A stretch of DNA of 64,000 nucleotides from Felis catus (GCF_018350175.1 NC_058368.1:193132001-193196000); one strand, 5' to 3'. Counted from the first letter of the stretch, positions 49,869-61,903 are shown. Numbers and translations are program-made. The notes: generated by a model from the letters alone, not told the origin.

Positions 49869-50799
49869 TTTGGATAGTCCCTGGCGTGGTGAGGACCTGC
49901 AGGGCACTTCCCCTGTGCTGTGGTGTATAACTGGAGTTGGTGGGCGGGGCCGCAGTCAGACCTGATGTCTGCCCCCAGCCCACCGCTGGGGCCACAGTCA
50001 GACTGGTGTGTGCCTTCTCTTCCCCTCTACTAGGGGCGGGATTCACTGTGGGGTGGTGTGGCCCGTCTGGGCTACTTGCACACTGCCAGGCTTGTGATGC
50101 TGGGGATCTGGCGTATTAGCTGGGGTGGGTAGGCAAGGTGCACAGGGGCAGGAGGGGCAGGCTTAGATCGCTTCTCCTTAGGTGATCCACTTCAGGAGGG
50201 GCCCTGTGGCAGCGGGAGGGAGTCAGATCCGCTGCCGGAGGTTTGGCTCCGCAGAAGCACAGAGTTGGGTGTTTGCGCGGAGCGAGCAAGTTCCCTGGCA
50301 GGAACTGGTTCTCTTTGGGATTTTGGCTGGGGGATGGGCGGGGGAGATGGCGCTGGCGAGCGCCTTTGTTCCCCACCAAACTGAGCTCTGTCGTCTGGGG
50401 GCTCAGCAGCTCTCCCTCCCTTTGTCCTCCAGCCTTCCCGCTTTCCGAGCAGAGCTGCTAACTTATGTCCTCCCAGAGGCTAAGTCGCGCTTGTTGCCGG
50501 AACACAGTCCGTCAGGCCCCTCCGCTTTTGCAAGCCAGACTCGGGGGCTCTGCTTGGCCGGCGAGCCACCCCTCCGCCCCGGCTCCCTCCCGCCAGTCCG
50601 TGGAGCGCGCACCGCCTCGCCACCCTTCCTACCCTCTTCCGTGGGCCTCTCGTCTGCGCTTGGCTCCGGCGACTCCGTTCTGCTAATCCTTTGGCGGTTT
50701 TCTGGGTTATTTAGGCAGGTGTAGGTGGAATCTAAGTGATCAGCAGGACGTGCGGTGAGCCCAGCGTCCTCCTAAGCCGCCATCTTGTCGGCACCCCCC
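49869..50799 (-). promoter_or_regulatory. LINE-1 internal promoter (CpG-rich 5'UTR) with a YY1-type site
   Basis: Dense CpGs; gccgccatctt at ~50776-50786 (AAGATGGCGG on minus), the YY1 motif typical of L1 5' ends. Confidence 0.8.
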
Positions 50800-51508
50800 T
50801 GCTAAGCCTAGTTTTATCAGCTGAGGATATGAGAATTGAAGAGAAAGAATCAAGTAAAGTAGGTATTGGTGTTTCTCCTTAAGATTTTTACCATTCCTTC
50901 TCTGTTTCTAGGGGCTTATACAGAAAGCTTCAAAATTCTGAGTTCTTTATCTCTTTGCCTCCCCTCTGGTGTTCCCATGGAATTAAGGGTTGCCTGTTTT
51001 GGGGAGATAGATTCATTTGCATGTAGGATAAAATCTCATTACTTATAATGATTGTAACTACATTTTAGTCATCCTTCTAAATCTATAGTTCACAGAGCAG
51101 TCATATAAAAAATGATCATTCCCACATTCCCATTATACTTAAAACTCACATGGTGACATTAGGCAACTTCAGCTTCCCCAGATATTGAAGTTCTTCTCTT
51201 TTCCCCCATTGCTTTGGGGCTAGCTGTGTTGTCACCACATCTGCAGTGGCTCAGACCTTTCTGGTGCAGGTGTCTTAGGAATAAGTCAGTGCACAGCAGA
51301 AGTCCATTCATGAGCAGTTCTTTTATGGGATCTGGAAGACTGACAAGGTGAGCTGGTGCCAGAGTCTCTGCACCTCTTCCTTCCATCCCCAAGCTTCTTT
51401 GGGCTAGCACAGGCAGGGATCGGGCCTTATCCTGTGGGCAAACTCTGGTGGAATAGCTAAGTCCAGATTCAGGCCAATATAACAAGAGATTTGAGAAATA
51501 TGACAACT

Positions 51509-51554
51509 GAAGAAGAAGAAGAAGAAGAAGAAGAAGAAGAAGAAGAAGAAGAAG

Positions 51555-51594
<40 letters not shown>

Positions 51595-51601
51595 CCACCA
51601 C
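51509..51601. repeat. Compound trinucleotide microsatellite (GAA)16(CAA)12(CAC)3
   Basis: Direct reading: GAA 51509-51556, CAA 51557-51592, CAC 51593-51601. Confidence 0.95.
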
Positions 51602-52315
51602 CCAAAACCTCAACAGACTGAATTGGCAATTCTGTCAGAGGCAGAAATACCAGGAAAACAAAAAAGCAGACAAACAAACAAAACAGATGACCAAGAATCC
51701 CAAATTAATCTAAAAAGAAATCAGGGAAGTAATTTAAAGTATGACACAAAAACAATCTTTGTGCTTTTCTGTTGTTTTCTAATGTTTCAGCAGTGAATTT
51801 GTATTTTTGAAAAAGGGAATTTATTGGCTCATTTAAACTAAAAATACAGCTTGGCTTGATTTAGGATGCATCTGATGTCTCTAAGGACCCATCTTTCAGC
51901 TTGGCTTCCCAGTGCCTTTGTGGTCAGGTTACCTCTCCCCAGCCCATGGGAGCTGGAAGAAGGCTGCTGGCTCATGTCTAGAAGAAAAAGCATATACTTT
52001 TTTGATTAACATGATATATACTCATTGTGAAGAAGAATGAATATGAATATTATTGATGGAACAAGGTCCCAGAAGACAAAGACAGGAGTGGGTCCAGGGT
52101 GCCTGGGATAGCAGGACACACACACATTTCCCCCATATCAAGAAGACTGTTATGCATGGATGTGGATACATTGCTATGTTTGTCCCAGCTTTAATGGTCT
52201 CTGATTCTCCAGAGATGAGATACTCCTACCTGCCTCAATATCCCATCCCAGACTGATTAACATTCTGGTCAAGTATATGTTTGGTATGTTTAATCTAAGT
52301 CACCCTTTTTAGAAT

Positions 52316-52318
52316 ATG

Positions 52319-52371
<53 letters not shown>

Positions 52372-52433
52372 TATATATATACATATATATACACACATAT
52401 ATATGTATATATATATTTACAATGGTGTTTTAT

Positions 52434-52496
<63 letters not shown>

Positions 52497-52524
52497 TATA
52501 TATATACACATATGGTGTGTTATA
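52316..52524. repeat. Complex (TA)n/(CA)n microsatellite with a higher-order duplication
   Basis: Two blocks of (TA)n(CA)n(TA)n, each ending in atggtgt(t/g)ttata (near 52422 and 52512). Confidence 0.9.
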
Positions 52525-55500
52525 CCTTTGGGGAAATCAACTACATGTTATGCACCAGAGTGCTACGACATTAAATCTATCCCCAGCCTTCTCCAGCAAG
52601 GTGGTTTGTGTCTTCTGTATATAACCTGCTGAGTTGCTATCATGATTTGCAATAGAGAATGAGGCATCCCTAGATCACGAGGAAGGAAGGAGGAATGTGG
52701 GAAGAGACACCTCAGGGCCTGAAATTATCAAATGTGGTGACATCCAAGATTCCTGAATTTGGTGATAATTCAGAAAGCCTATCACCATTATGTTGAGTAT
52801 CCATCAACATCAACTTAGGCTTATTGAATGCTTTCCATGTATTGGCAGAGTCAAAGAAAAGAAGACAGGCTGGTTGAGGACACAATCTAGGCCTGGATGC
52901 AATGGGATTTAACTGAATCCATATTTAGAGTGTTAGAGGGCAAGGTCACTGAAGTGACTCTTGAGTGGTTTTTAGACCACCTGTATGCCTTCTGACTCAC
53001 TGGAGTGTTAAGTTGTGAATTATTGAGCTCCCAGATCTACTGAGTCACGATCTCTAGGGAGTGGCCCAGTATTTTTAATATACTTCTTCTCTCTCCCCTA
53101 TTCATGTACATTAAAGTATGAGGACTGGGGGCAGGTCTCCAGCACAGGCTTCATGAAGGTGGAAAGTGAGAACTGAGCTTGGTGTTGAAAGACAGAGAGT
53201 AGCAGGAATGGCTTTCTGGATAGTGGGAAGCCAGATGAAAAGAGAGGTATGGGACAAGGCTCATTCTGTGGGTGGTGAGGAACAATTTGGATGGAGAAAA
53301 TGGTACCAGTTGAGGAATGTGGAAAATAAAACTGAAGAATAATTGAGTAACAAGATTGAGAACCAACATTTCTCCAGTTCTCTGCTTAAAAAAAAATTGA
53401 TTATATATTTGTATATATGTACATGTATTATGTATGCATTATATATGAATTTGTATGTACAACACATTGTCATAAACATTCAAAGAGTTTTATAGCACCT
53501 CCCAACTTACCCTCTACTCAATAGGCACAAAACTCAGATTTTCAGGAAAATAAAGCAATTAATGCCATATTCTTTTTTGTTCTGGGATTCATAAAATAAC
53601 TTATGAAGCATGATAGCAATACAATAAACAACTTAAAGTTCTTAAAACATTGTCCTCCATAAGGAAAATAAATAGACTAATTTAATCTTTCATAATTAAG
53701 CTTTATCTTAGAAAATGAGTCTTGTTTTTTTCCCCATAGATATATACTCGACTTTCATTCTTCCATGAAAGAATAGGCATCAGTAAATCCTGTTATCTTA
53801 TGCTGTTAAATAAAAGAACTTACTGAGTTTACCAGTTTTGAATGCTATCAATCTGGTAATGATATTTGATATATCATTAATAGGTATACGTTATTGCACA
53901 TTTTGCTTCCATCCTCACTATGCATGTAGTATGGCTCTTCTGATGCTTTGGATGTCTCTTATTGTATTCTTATCCATGTGCGGTGAAGAGAGAGATAAAC
54001 CACTCATTCTTCTCTCATCTGTCTTTGTTGTTTTCCATTTTACAAATTAGCTGACCTCCTTGGTATAGTTCAGGAGGCTTGTTAGCCACAGGAAAATCCA
54101 TAAATCCTTGTGTTGAGCCTGCTGTGTGGAATTGCCAGCATGAGAAGAAGCTTGATTCTGTCTATACCTGAATTATGTTCTTGCGACTGGGTTTGAGGCT
54201 CGTGTTCAAAGCTATAGTGAATTTTCTCTGTCAGTGGCAGCTTACTGTGGATGACATATCCTCCTGATTGTTCAGTGAGCTAGCCTTTGCAAATTAATTC
54301 TTTTTCTGAATTGGCTTTTGACTTGTCTCATTTCCTATATTTTATTTCATATGATCACACTCATTTAAATTAGGTGAAAGTTCATCAAGCTGTTATTACA
54401 AGATGAGGTAATGGGCATAAATTTAATAATATAGTTTAAACTGTGGATAAAGCTCTAAGAAATTGGAGTCGCTGTAAAATCAAATCCATACCACTTCAGT
54501 AATTCATAATTGTCACAAAATGAAGAGTACAGGTAGGAGGTCATGAGGCATATGAAAACCCCACTTTGCTAGCTAAAAAATCTACTTATCTACTCATTTT
54601 TTTTTCTAATTTGAGAAAATATATCAGGATGAGTCAGCGACAATAATCCTTTGTTATAAGGATACCCTTGAAATTAGCCTAATATATAAAATAAATATAT
54701 TGTTTGTAGTCTTCAGTAGCTTAAGTATTTTTCATGTTATGATACTTAGCACTAACCCTGACAATTGATGGCAATGCCCCACAGGGCTGTTGTGGTTGGC
54801 AATGGGGGAGTCCCTTGCAGAGGTGTGACTGAGGTGTGATGAACCGATGTATAATCTTAGGGTAGGCAAGATGAACTGGAGGTGAGGATAGAACAGGGAA
54901 ATCACTGAGAAGATTGCTTTAGTAACCCAGGGAAAACCCAACGTGAGCCTTCTTGGCTGTTGGTGGTGGGACTTAGGAAGAGGGACAGCTGAGGGAGGGG
55001 AAGTGGCAAGAAGTCTTTGGAAGAGGCCAGTAGGAGGACACATATGGCATCTGTATGAGATAAATATTTTCAGTGGCATCCTGTCTCCCGAGGAATGTAA
55101 AAGGAACAAATTGGGGCAGTAATACGCTCTGTGTGGCAGCCAATATTCAGGTTACCCTGGGGAGAGACATGAAAAACTTCTGTTTGCAGGGACGACAAGT
55201 CATTTCCATCTCCCTGGGCTGAGCGAAAGCCCCAGCTGTGTGATTTCTTAGCCAATTATGGGAACTTGCACAGCAAATGCAGTGCATTTAATGCAAGGTC
55301 ACCAATCTGGGGCAAATTTCTGTTTTGAAGACTTTCCTATTTCATCTGCAATTTGCTTTTTATGGTTCTCACTTACAGGGACATATGGTGGTGTCAAGGC
55401 AGCCACTAAGGCACCTTCCTCCTACTCTTGCCTTCATCCTGCATCTTGCAAGGCAAATTCTGGACAGCTTGATGGGTTCCCATCAGGGCTCTGCCACCAG

Positions 55501-55796
55501 GGCATTGAGTTGGCTCCCCAGAATAGGTGGGGTTGGGTAAGGTAGAGTGGTTGCCCCATAGTGACCTTCTTAGTTGGCTCCCAGGGAAGGAGCTTGGACT
55601 GAGATTTGGGGTTTCTTTTTTTTTTAATATGAAATTTATTGTTAAATTGGTTTCCATACAACACCCAGTACTCATCCCAACAGGTGCCTTCTTCAATGCC
55701 TATCACCCACTTTCCCCTCCCTTCCACCCCCCATCAACCCTCAGTTTATTCTCAGTTTTTAGTAGTCCCCTCCCCCATGGTGTTCTGCTAAGTTTC

Positions 55797-58700
55797 TCAG
55801 GATCCACATAGCAGTGAAAATATACGGTATCTGTCTTTCTCTGTATGACTTATTTCACCTAGCATAACACTCCAGTTCCATCCACGTTGCTACTAAAGGC
55901 CATATTTCATTATTTCTCATTCCCAAGTAGTATTCCATTGTATATATAAGCTACAATTTCTTTATCCATTCATCAGTTGATGAACATTTAGGTTCTTTCC
56001 ATAATTTGGCTATTGTTAAAAGTGCTGCTACAAACATTGGGGTACAAGTGTCCCTATGCATCAGCACTCCTGTATCCCTTGGGTAAATTCCTAGCAGTGC
56101 TATCACTGGGTCATAGGGTAGAACTATTTTTAATTTTTTGAGGAACTTCCACACTGTTTTCCAGAGCAGCTGCACCAGTTTGCATTCCCATCAGTAGTGC
56201 AAGAGGGTTCCTGTTTCTCCACATCCTCTCCAGCTTCTATAGTCTCCTGATTTGTTCATTTTGGCCACTCTGACTGGTGTGAGGTGGTATCTCAGTGTGG
56301 TTTTGATTTGTATTTCCCAGATGAGGAGTGACGTTGAGCATCTTTTCATGTGGCTGTTGGCCATCTGGATGTCTTCTTTAGAGAAGTGTCTATTCATGTT
56401 TTCTGCCCATTTCTTCACTGGGTTATTTGTTTTTCGGGTGTGGAGTTTGGTGAGCTCTTTATAGATTTTGGATACTAGCCCTTTGTCTGATATGTCATTT
56501 GCAAATCTCTTTTCCCATTCCGTTGGTTGCCTTTTAGTTTTGTTGGTTGTTTCCTTTGCTGTGCAGAAGCTTTTTATCTCATAAGGTCCCAGTAGTTCAT
56601 TTTTGCTTTTAATTCCCTTGCCTCTGGGGATGTGTCAAGTAAGAAATTGCTGCGGCTGAGGTCAGAGAGGTTTCTTCCTGCTTTCTCCTCTAGGGCTTTG
56701 ATGGTTTCCTGTCTCACATTCAGGTCCTTCATCCATTTTGAGTTTATTTTTGTGAATGGTGTAAGAAAGTAGTCTAGTTGCAACCTTCTGCATGTTGCTG
56801 TCCAGTTCTCCAAGCACCATTTGTTCAAGAGACTGTCTTTTTTCCATTGGATATTCTTTCCTGCTTTGTCAAAGATTAGTTGGCCATACTTTCATGGGTC
56901 CAATTCTGGAGTCTCTCTTCTATTCCATTGGTCTATGTGTCTGTTTTTGTGCTAATATCATGTTGTCTTAATGATTACAACTTTGTAGTAGAGGCTAAAG
57001 TTTGGGATTGTGATGCCTCCCTCTTTGGTCTTCTTCAAAATTACTTTGGCTATTCGGGGCCTTTGGTGGTTCCATACAAATTTTAGGATTGCTTGTTCTA
57101 GCTTCGAGAAGAATGCTGGTGCAATTTTGATTGGGATTGCATTGAATGTGTAGATTGCTTTGGGTAGTACTGACATTTTAACAATATTTATTCTTCCATT
57201 CCATGAGAACAGAATGTTTTTACATTTCTTTGTATCTTCTTCAATTTCCTTCATAAACTTTCTATAGTTTTAGCATATATATGTTTTACATCTTTGGTTA
57301 GGTTTATTCTTAGGTATTTTATGCTTCTTGGTGCAGTTGTGAATGGGATCAGCTTCTTTATTTGTCTTTCTGTTGCTTTGTTATTAGTGTATAAGAATCC
57401 AACTGATTTCTGTACGTTAATTTTGTATCCTGCGACTTTGCTGAATTCATGTATCAGTTCTAGCAGCCTTTTGGTGGAGTCTATCAGGTTTTCCATATAT
57501 ATCATGTCATCTGCAAAAAGTGAAAGCTTGACTTCATCTTTGCCAATTTTGATGCCTTTGATGTCCTTTTGTTGTCTGAGTGCTGATGCTAGAACTTCCA
57601 ACACTATGTTAAACAACAGTGGTGGGAGTGGACATCCCTGTCGTGTTCCTGATCTCAGGGAGGAAGCTCTCAGTTTTTCCCCATTGAGGATGATATTAGC
57701 TGTGGGCTTTTCATAAAAGGCTTTTATGATGTTTAAGTATGTTCCTTCTATCCCGACTTTCTCAAGTGTTTTTATTAAGAAAGATGCTGAATTTTGTCAT
57801 ATGCTTTTTCTGCATCGATTGACAGGATCATATGGTTCTTTTCCTTTATTAATGTGATGTATCATATTGACTGATTTGTGAATGTTGAACCAGCCCTGCA
57901 GCCCAGGAATGAATCCCACTTGATCATGGTGAATAATTCTTTTTATATGCTGTTGAATTCGATTTGCTAGTATCTTGTTGAGAATTTTTGCTTCCATATT
58001 CATCAGGGATATTGGCCTGTAGTTGTCTTTTTTTGCTGGGTCTCTGTCTGGTTTGGGAACCAAAGTAATGCTGGCTTCATAGAATGAGTCTGGAAGTTTT
58101 CCTTCCCTTTCTATTTTTTGGAACAGCTTGAGAAAGATAGGGTATTATCTCTGCTTTAAATGTCTGGTAGAACTCCCCAGGGAAGCCATCTGGTCCTGGA
58201 CTCTTACTTGTTGGGAGATTTTTGATAACTGATTCAATTTCTTCACTGGTTATAGGTCTGTTTAAGTTTTCTGTTTCTTCCTGATTGAGTTTTGGAAGTG
58301 TGTGGGTGTTTAGGAACTTGTCCATTTCTTCCAGTTTGTTGGCATATAATTTTTCATAGTATTCCCTGATAATTGCTTGTATTTCTGAGGGATTGGTTGT
58401 AATAATTCCATTTTCATTCATGATTTTATCTTTTTGGGTTATCTCCCTTTTCTTTTTGAGAAGCCTGGCTAGAGGTTTATCAATTTTGTTTATTTTTTCA
58501 AAAAACCAACTCTTGGTTTCATTGATCTGCTCTATGGTTTTTTTTTTTTTTTTTTTAGATTCTATATTGTTTATTTCTGGTCTGATCATTATTATTTCTT
58601 CCATTGGGTTTGGGGTGTCTTTGCTGTTCTGCTTCTATTTCCTTTAGGTGTGCTGTTAGATTATGTATTTGGGATTTTTCTTGTTTCTTGAGATAGGCCT

Positions 58701-59598
58701 GGATTGCAATGTATATTCCTCTCAGGACTGCCTTTGCTGCGTCCCAAAGCATTTGGATTGCTGTATTTTCATTCTCATTTGTTTCCATATATTTTTAAAT
58801 TTCTTCTCTAATTGCCTGGTTGACCCATTCATTCTTTAGTAGGGTGTTCTTTAACCTCCATGCTGTTGGATGTTTTCCAGACTTTTTCCTATGGGTGATT
58901 TCAAGTTTCATAGCATTGTGGTCTGAAAGTGTGCATGGTATGATCTCAATTCTTTTATACTTATGAAGGGCTGTTTTTGTGACCCAGTACCTGATCTATC
59001 TTGGAGAATGTTCCATGTGTACTCGAGAAGAAAGTATATTCTGTTGCTTTGAGATGCAGAGTTCTAAATATATCTGTCAAGTCCATCTGTTCCAGTGTAT
59101 CATTCAGGGTCCTTGTTGATTCTGTGTCTGGATGATCCATCCATTGTTGTAAGTAGGGTATTAAAGTCCCCTGCAATTACCACATTCTTATCAATAAGAT
59201 TGCTAATGTTTGTGATTGGTTGTTTTATATATTTGTGGGCTCCCGTATTCGGCACATGGACATTTATAATTGTTAGCTCTTCCTGATGGATAGACCCCAT
59301 AATTATTATATAATGCCCTTCTTCATCTCTTGTTACAGCCTTTAATTTAAAGTTTAGTTTGTCTGATATAAGTATGGCTACTCCAGCTTTCTTTTGACTT
59401 CCAGTAGCATGATAGATAGTTCTCCATCCCCTCACTTCTAATCTGAAGGTGTTCTCAGGTCTAAAATGAGTCTCTTGTAGACAGCCAATAGATGGGTCTT
59501 GTTTTTTTTATACACTCTGATACCCTATGTCTTTTGGTTGGAGAATTTAGTCCATTTACATTCAGTGTTATTATTGAAAGATATGGGTTTAGAGTTAC
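55797..59598 (-). pseudogene. LINE-1 ORF2, fragmented; start codon mutated
   Basis: Minus-strand ORF pieces with [25 protein letters not shown] and [13 protein letters not shown] replaced by GTA at 59596-59598. Confidence 0.93.
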
Positions 59599-59659
59599 TG
59601 TGATGTCTGTAGGTTTCATGCTTGTAGTGATGTCTCTGGTAGTTTCTGCTCCTTGTGAC

Positions 59660-60558
59660 ATTTCACTCAGAGTCCCCCTTAGGATCTCTTGTAGGGCTGG
59701 TTTAGTGGTGATGAATTCCTTCAGTTTTTGTTTCTTTGGGAAGATCTTTATCTCTCCTTCTATTCTGAATGACAGACTTGCTGGATAAAGGATTCTCGGC
59801 TGCATATTTTTTCTGTTTATCACATTGAAGATTTCCTGCCATTCGTTTCTGGCCTGCCAAGTTTCAGTAGGTAGGTCTGCCAGTACTCTTATGGGTCTCC
59901 TTTTGTAAGTTAGAGCTTGTTTATCTCAATCTGCCTTCAAATTTTTCTCTTTATCCTTGTATTTTTCCAGTTTCACTATGATATGTCATGCAGAAGATCG
60001 ATTCAAATTACGTCTGAAGGAAGTTCTGTGTGTCTCTTGGATTTCAATGCCTTTTTCCTTCCCCAGATCAGGGAAGTTCTCAGCTATGATTTGTTCAAGT
60101 ACACCTTTAGCCCCTTTCTCTCTCTCTTCCTCTTCTGGAATTCCTATGATACGGATATTGTTCTGTTTGATTGCATCACTTAGTTCTCTAATTCTCCCCT
60201 CATACTCCTGGATTTTTTTATCTCTCTTTTTCTCAGCTTCCTCTTTTTCCATAATTCTATCTTCTAATTCACCTATTCTCTCCTCTTCCTCTTCAATCCT
60301 TGCTATGGCCACCTCCATTTTATTTTGCACCTCATTTATAGCATTTTTTAGCTCCTCATGACTATTTCTTAGTCTCTTGACCTCTGTAGCAATAGATTCT
60401 CTGCTGTCCTCTATGCTTCTTTCAAGCCCAGTGATTAATTTTATGGCTATGACTCTAAATTCTTATTCCGTTATATTGCTTAAATCATTTTTTATCAATT
60501 CATTAGCTGTTGCTACTTCCTGGAGTTTCTTTTGAGGAGAATTCTTCCATTCTGTCAT
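59660..60558 (-). pseudogene. LINE-1 ORF1, fragmented
   Basis: ATG at 60558; pieces MQNKMEVAIARIEEEEERIGELED...NNIRIIGIPEEEE and KNMQPRILYPASLSFRIEGEIK. Confidence 0.92.
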
Positions 60559-61866
60559 TTTGGATAGTCCCTGTGGTGGCTCCAAACTGCAGGGCACTTC
60601 CCCTGTGCTGTCTGGAGTAACTTGTGTTGGTGGGTGGGGCCACAGTCAGACCTGATGTCTGCCCCCAACCCACTGCTGGGGCCACAGTCATACTGGTGTG
60701 TACCTTATCTTCCCCCTCTCCCAGGGGCAGGACTCACTGTGTAGTGGTGTGGCCCCTGTCTGGGCTACTTGCACACTTCCAGGCTTGTGGTGTTGCTTCT
60801 ATGGGATCTGGCATATTAGCTGGGGTGGATCTGCAAGGTGCACAATGGTGGGAGGGGCAGGCTTAGCTCAGTTTGCTGTTGGTGGTCCCCTGCGGGAGGG
60901 GCCCTGCAGCACCAGGAGGAAGGCAGACCCATTGGAGGGATGGATCCACAGAAGCACAGCGTTGGGTGTTTGCGCGGTGCAAGCAAGTTTGGTGACGGGA
61001 ACTGGTTCCCTTTGAGGTTTCGGCTGGGGGATGGGAGAGGGAGATGGTGCTGGCCACTGCCTCTGTTCCCCGCTGAGCTGAGCTCTGTCTTCCAGGGCTC
61101 AACAACTCTCCTTCTCGGTGTCCTCTTGTCCTCCCCACTCTCTGAGAGCAGAGCTGTTGACTTTTAACATTCCATATGTTAAGTCCCACTGGCTGTCAGA
61201 ACTCACAGAGTCCAGCCCCTCCACTTTTGCAAGCCAGACTTTAGGGGCTCTGCCTTGCCTGATGGGCTGCCCCTCCACTGCCCCAGATCCCTCCCACCAG
61301 TCAATTTAGCACACACCGCCTCTCCACCCTTCCTACCCTCTTCTGTGGGCCTCTTATCTATGCTTGGCTCTAGAGAGTCTGTTCTTCTAGTCTTCTTGTG
61401 GTTTTCTGGGTTATTTAGGCAGATGTGGGTGGAATCTAAGCGATCAGCAGGACGAGGTGAGCCCAGCATCCTCCTATGCCACCATCTTCCTCTGACTAAC
61501 CTGGGATTTCTTTATGTAAAGAGAAGTTGACTGCGAAAACCTGGGCATATCCTAAAAGCCATTGAACTTCTCTAAAAGATTTGTTCCAAGGACCTTCACC
61601 ATTATTTTATTTCTCATTTTTCCAGTGATTGTTTGGTTCTTTTACCCTGAACTATGAGGATAGTGGCTCATGGCTTTCCTGCCATGCTGTGTGCACAGAC
61701 TTTATTTTAGTTACAGTTTATGCAGATTGTCTGACTTCCTGACTCTCTCTGGGGACCGACTTCTAATGACATCAGCTAGCATGAAATAGTTTTTCCTCTA
61801 CAAGCAGGGATGAAGGAGCCCTCTCTTCATTCTCTTACTTTCCTCCTGCCAAAATAACAAATAACA

Positions 61867-61901
<35 letters not shown>
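61867..61901. repeat. (TAA)n microsatellite
   Basis: Direct reading. Confidence 0.9.

Positions 61902-61903
<2 letters not shown>

Larger units (their letters stand above)
44858..50799 (-). mobile_element. Full-length young LINE-1 (felid L1_Fc-like, lineage B), ~5.9 kb
   Basis: Perfect 16-bp TSD tgctaagcctagtttt at 44842-44857 and 50800-50815; poly-A tail; AATAAA at 44898-44903 (minus); CpG-rich 5'UTR starting GGGGGGTGCCGACAAGATGGCGG. Confidence 0.98.
55619..61501 (-). mobile_element. Full-length LINE-1 (lineage B, older than 44858-50799), decayed
   Basis: Poly-T tail; 3'UTR, ORF2, ORF1 and 5'UTR collinear with the young copy but CpG-depleted; probable TSD tggg(g/a)tttcttt at 55607-55618 and 61502-61513. 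Confidence 0.95.

Noticed and set aside
51159..51796. ORFs with poly-E/poly-Q or poly-V/poly-L tracts
   Set aside because: They are translations of the (GAA)n(CAA)n microsatellite; the flanks look like decayed repeat or non-coding sequence.
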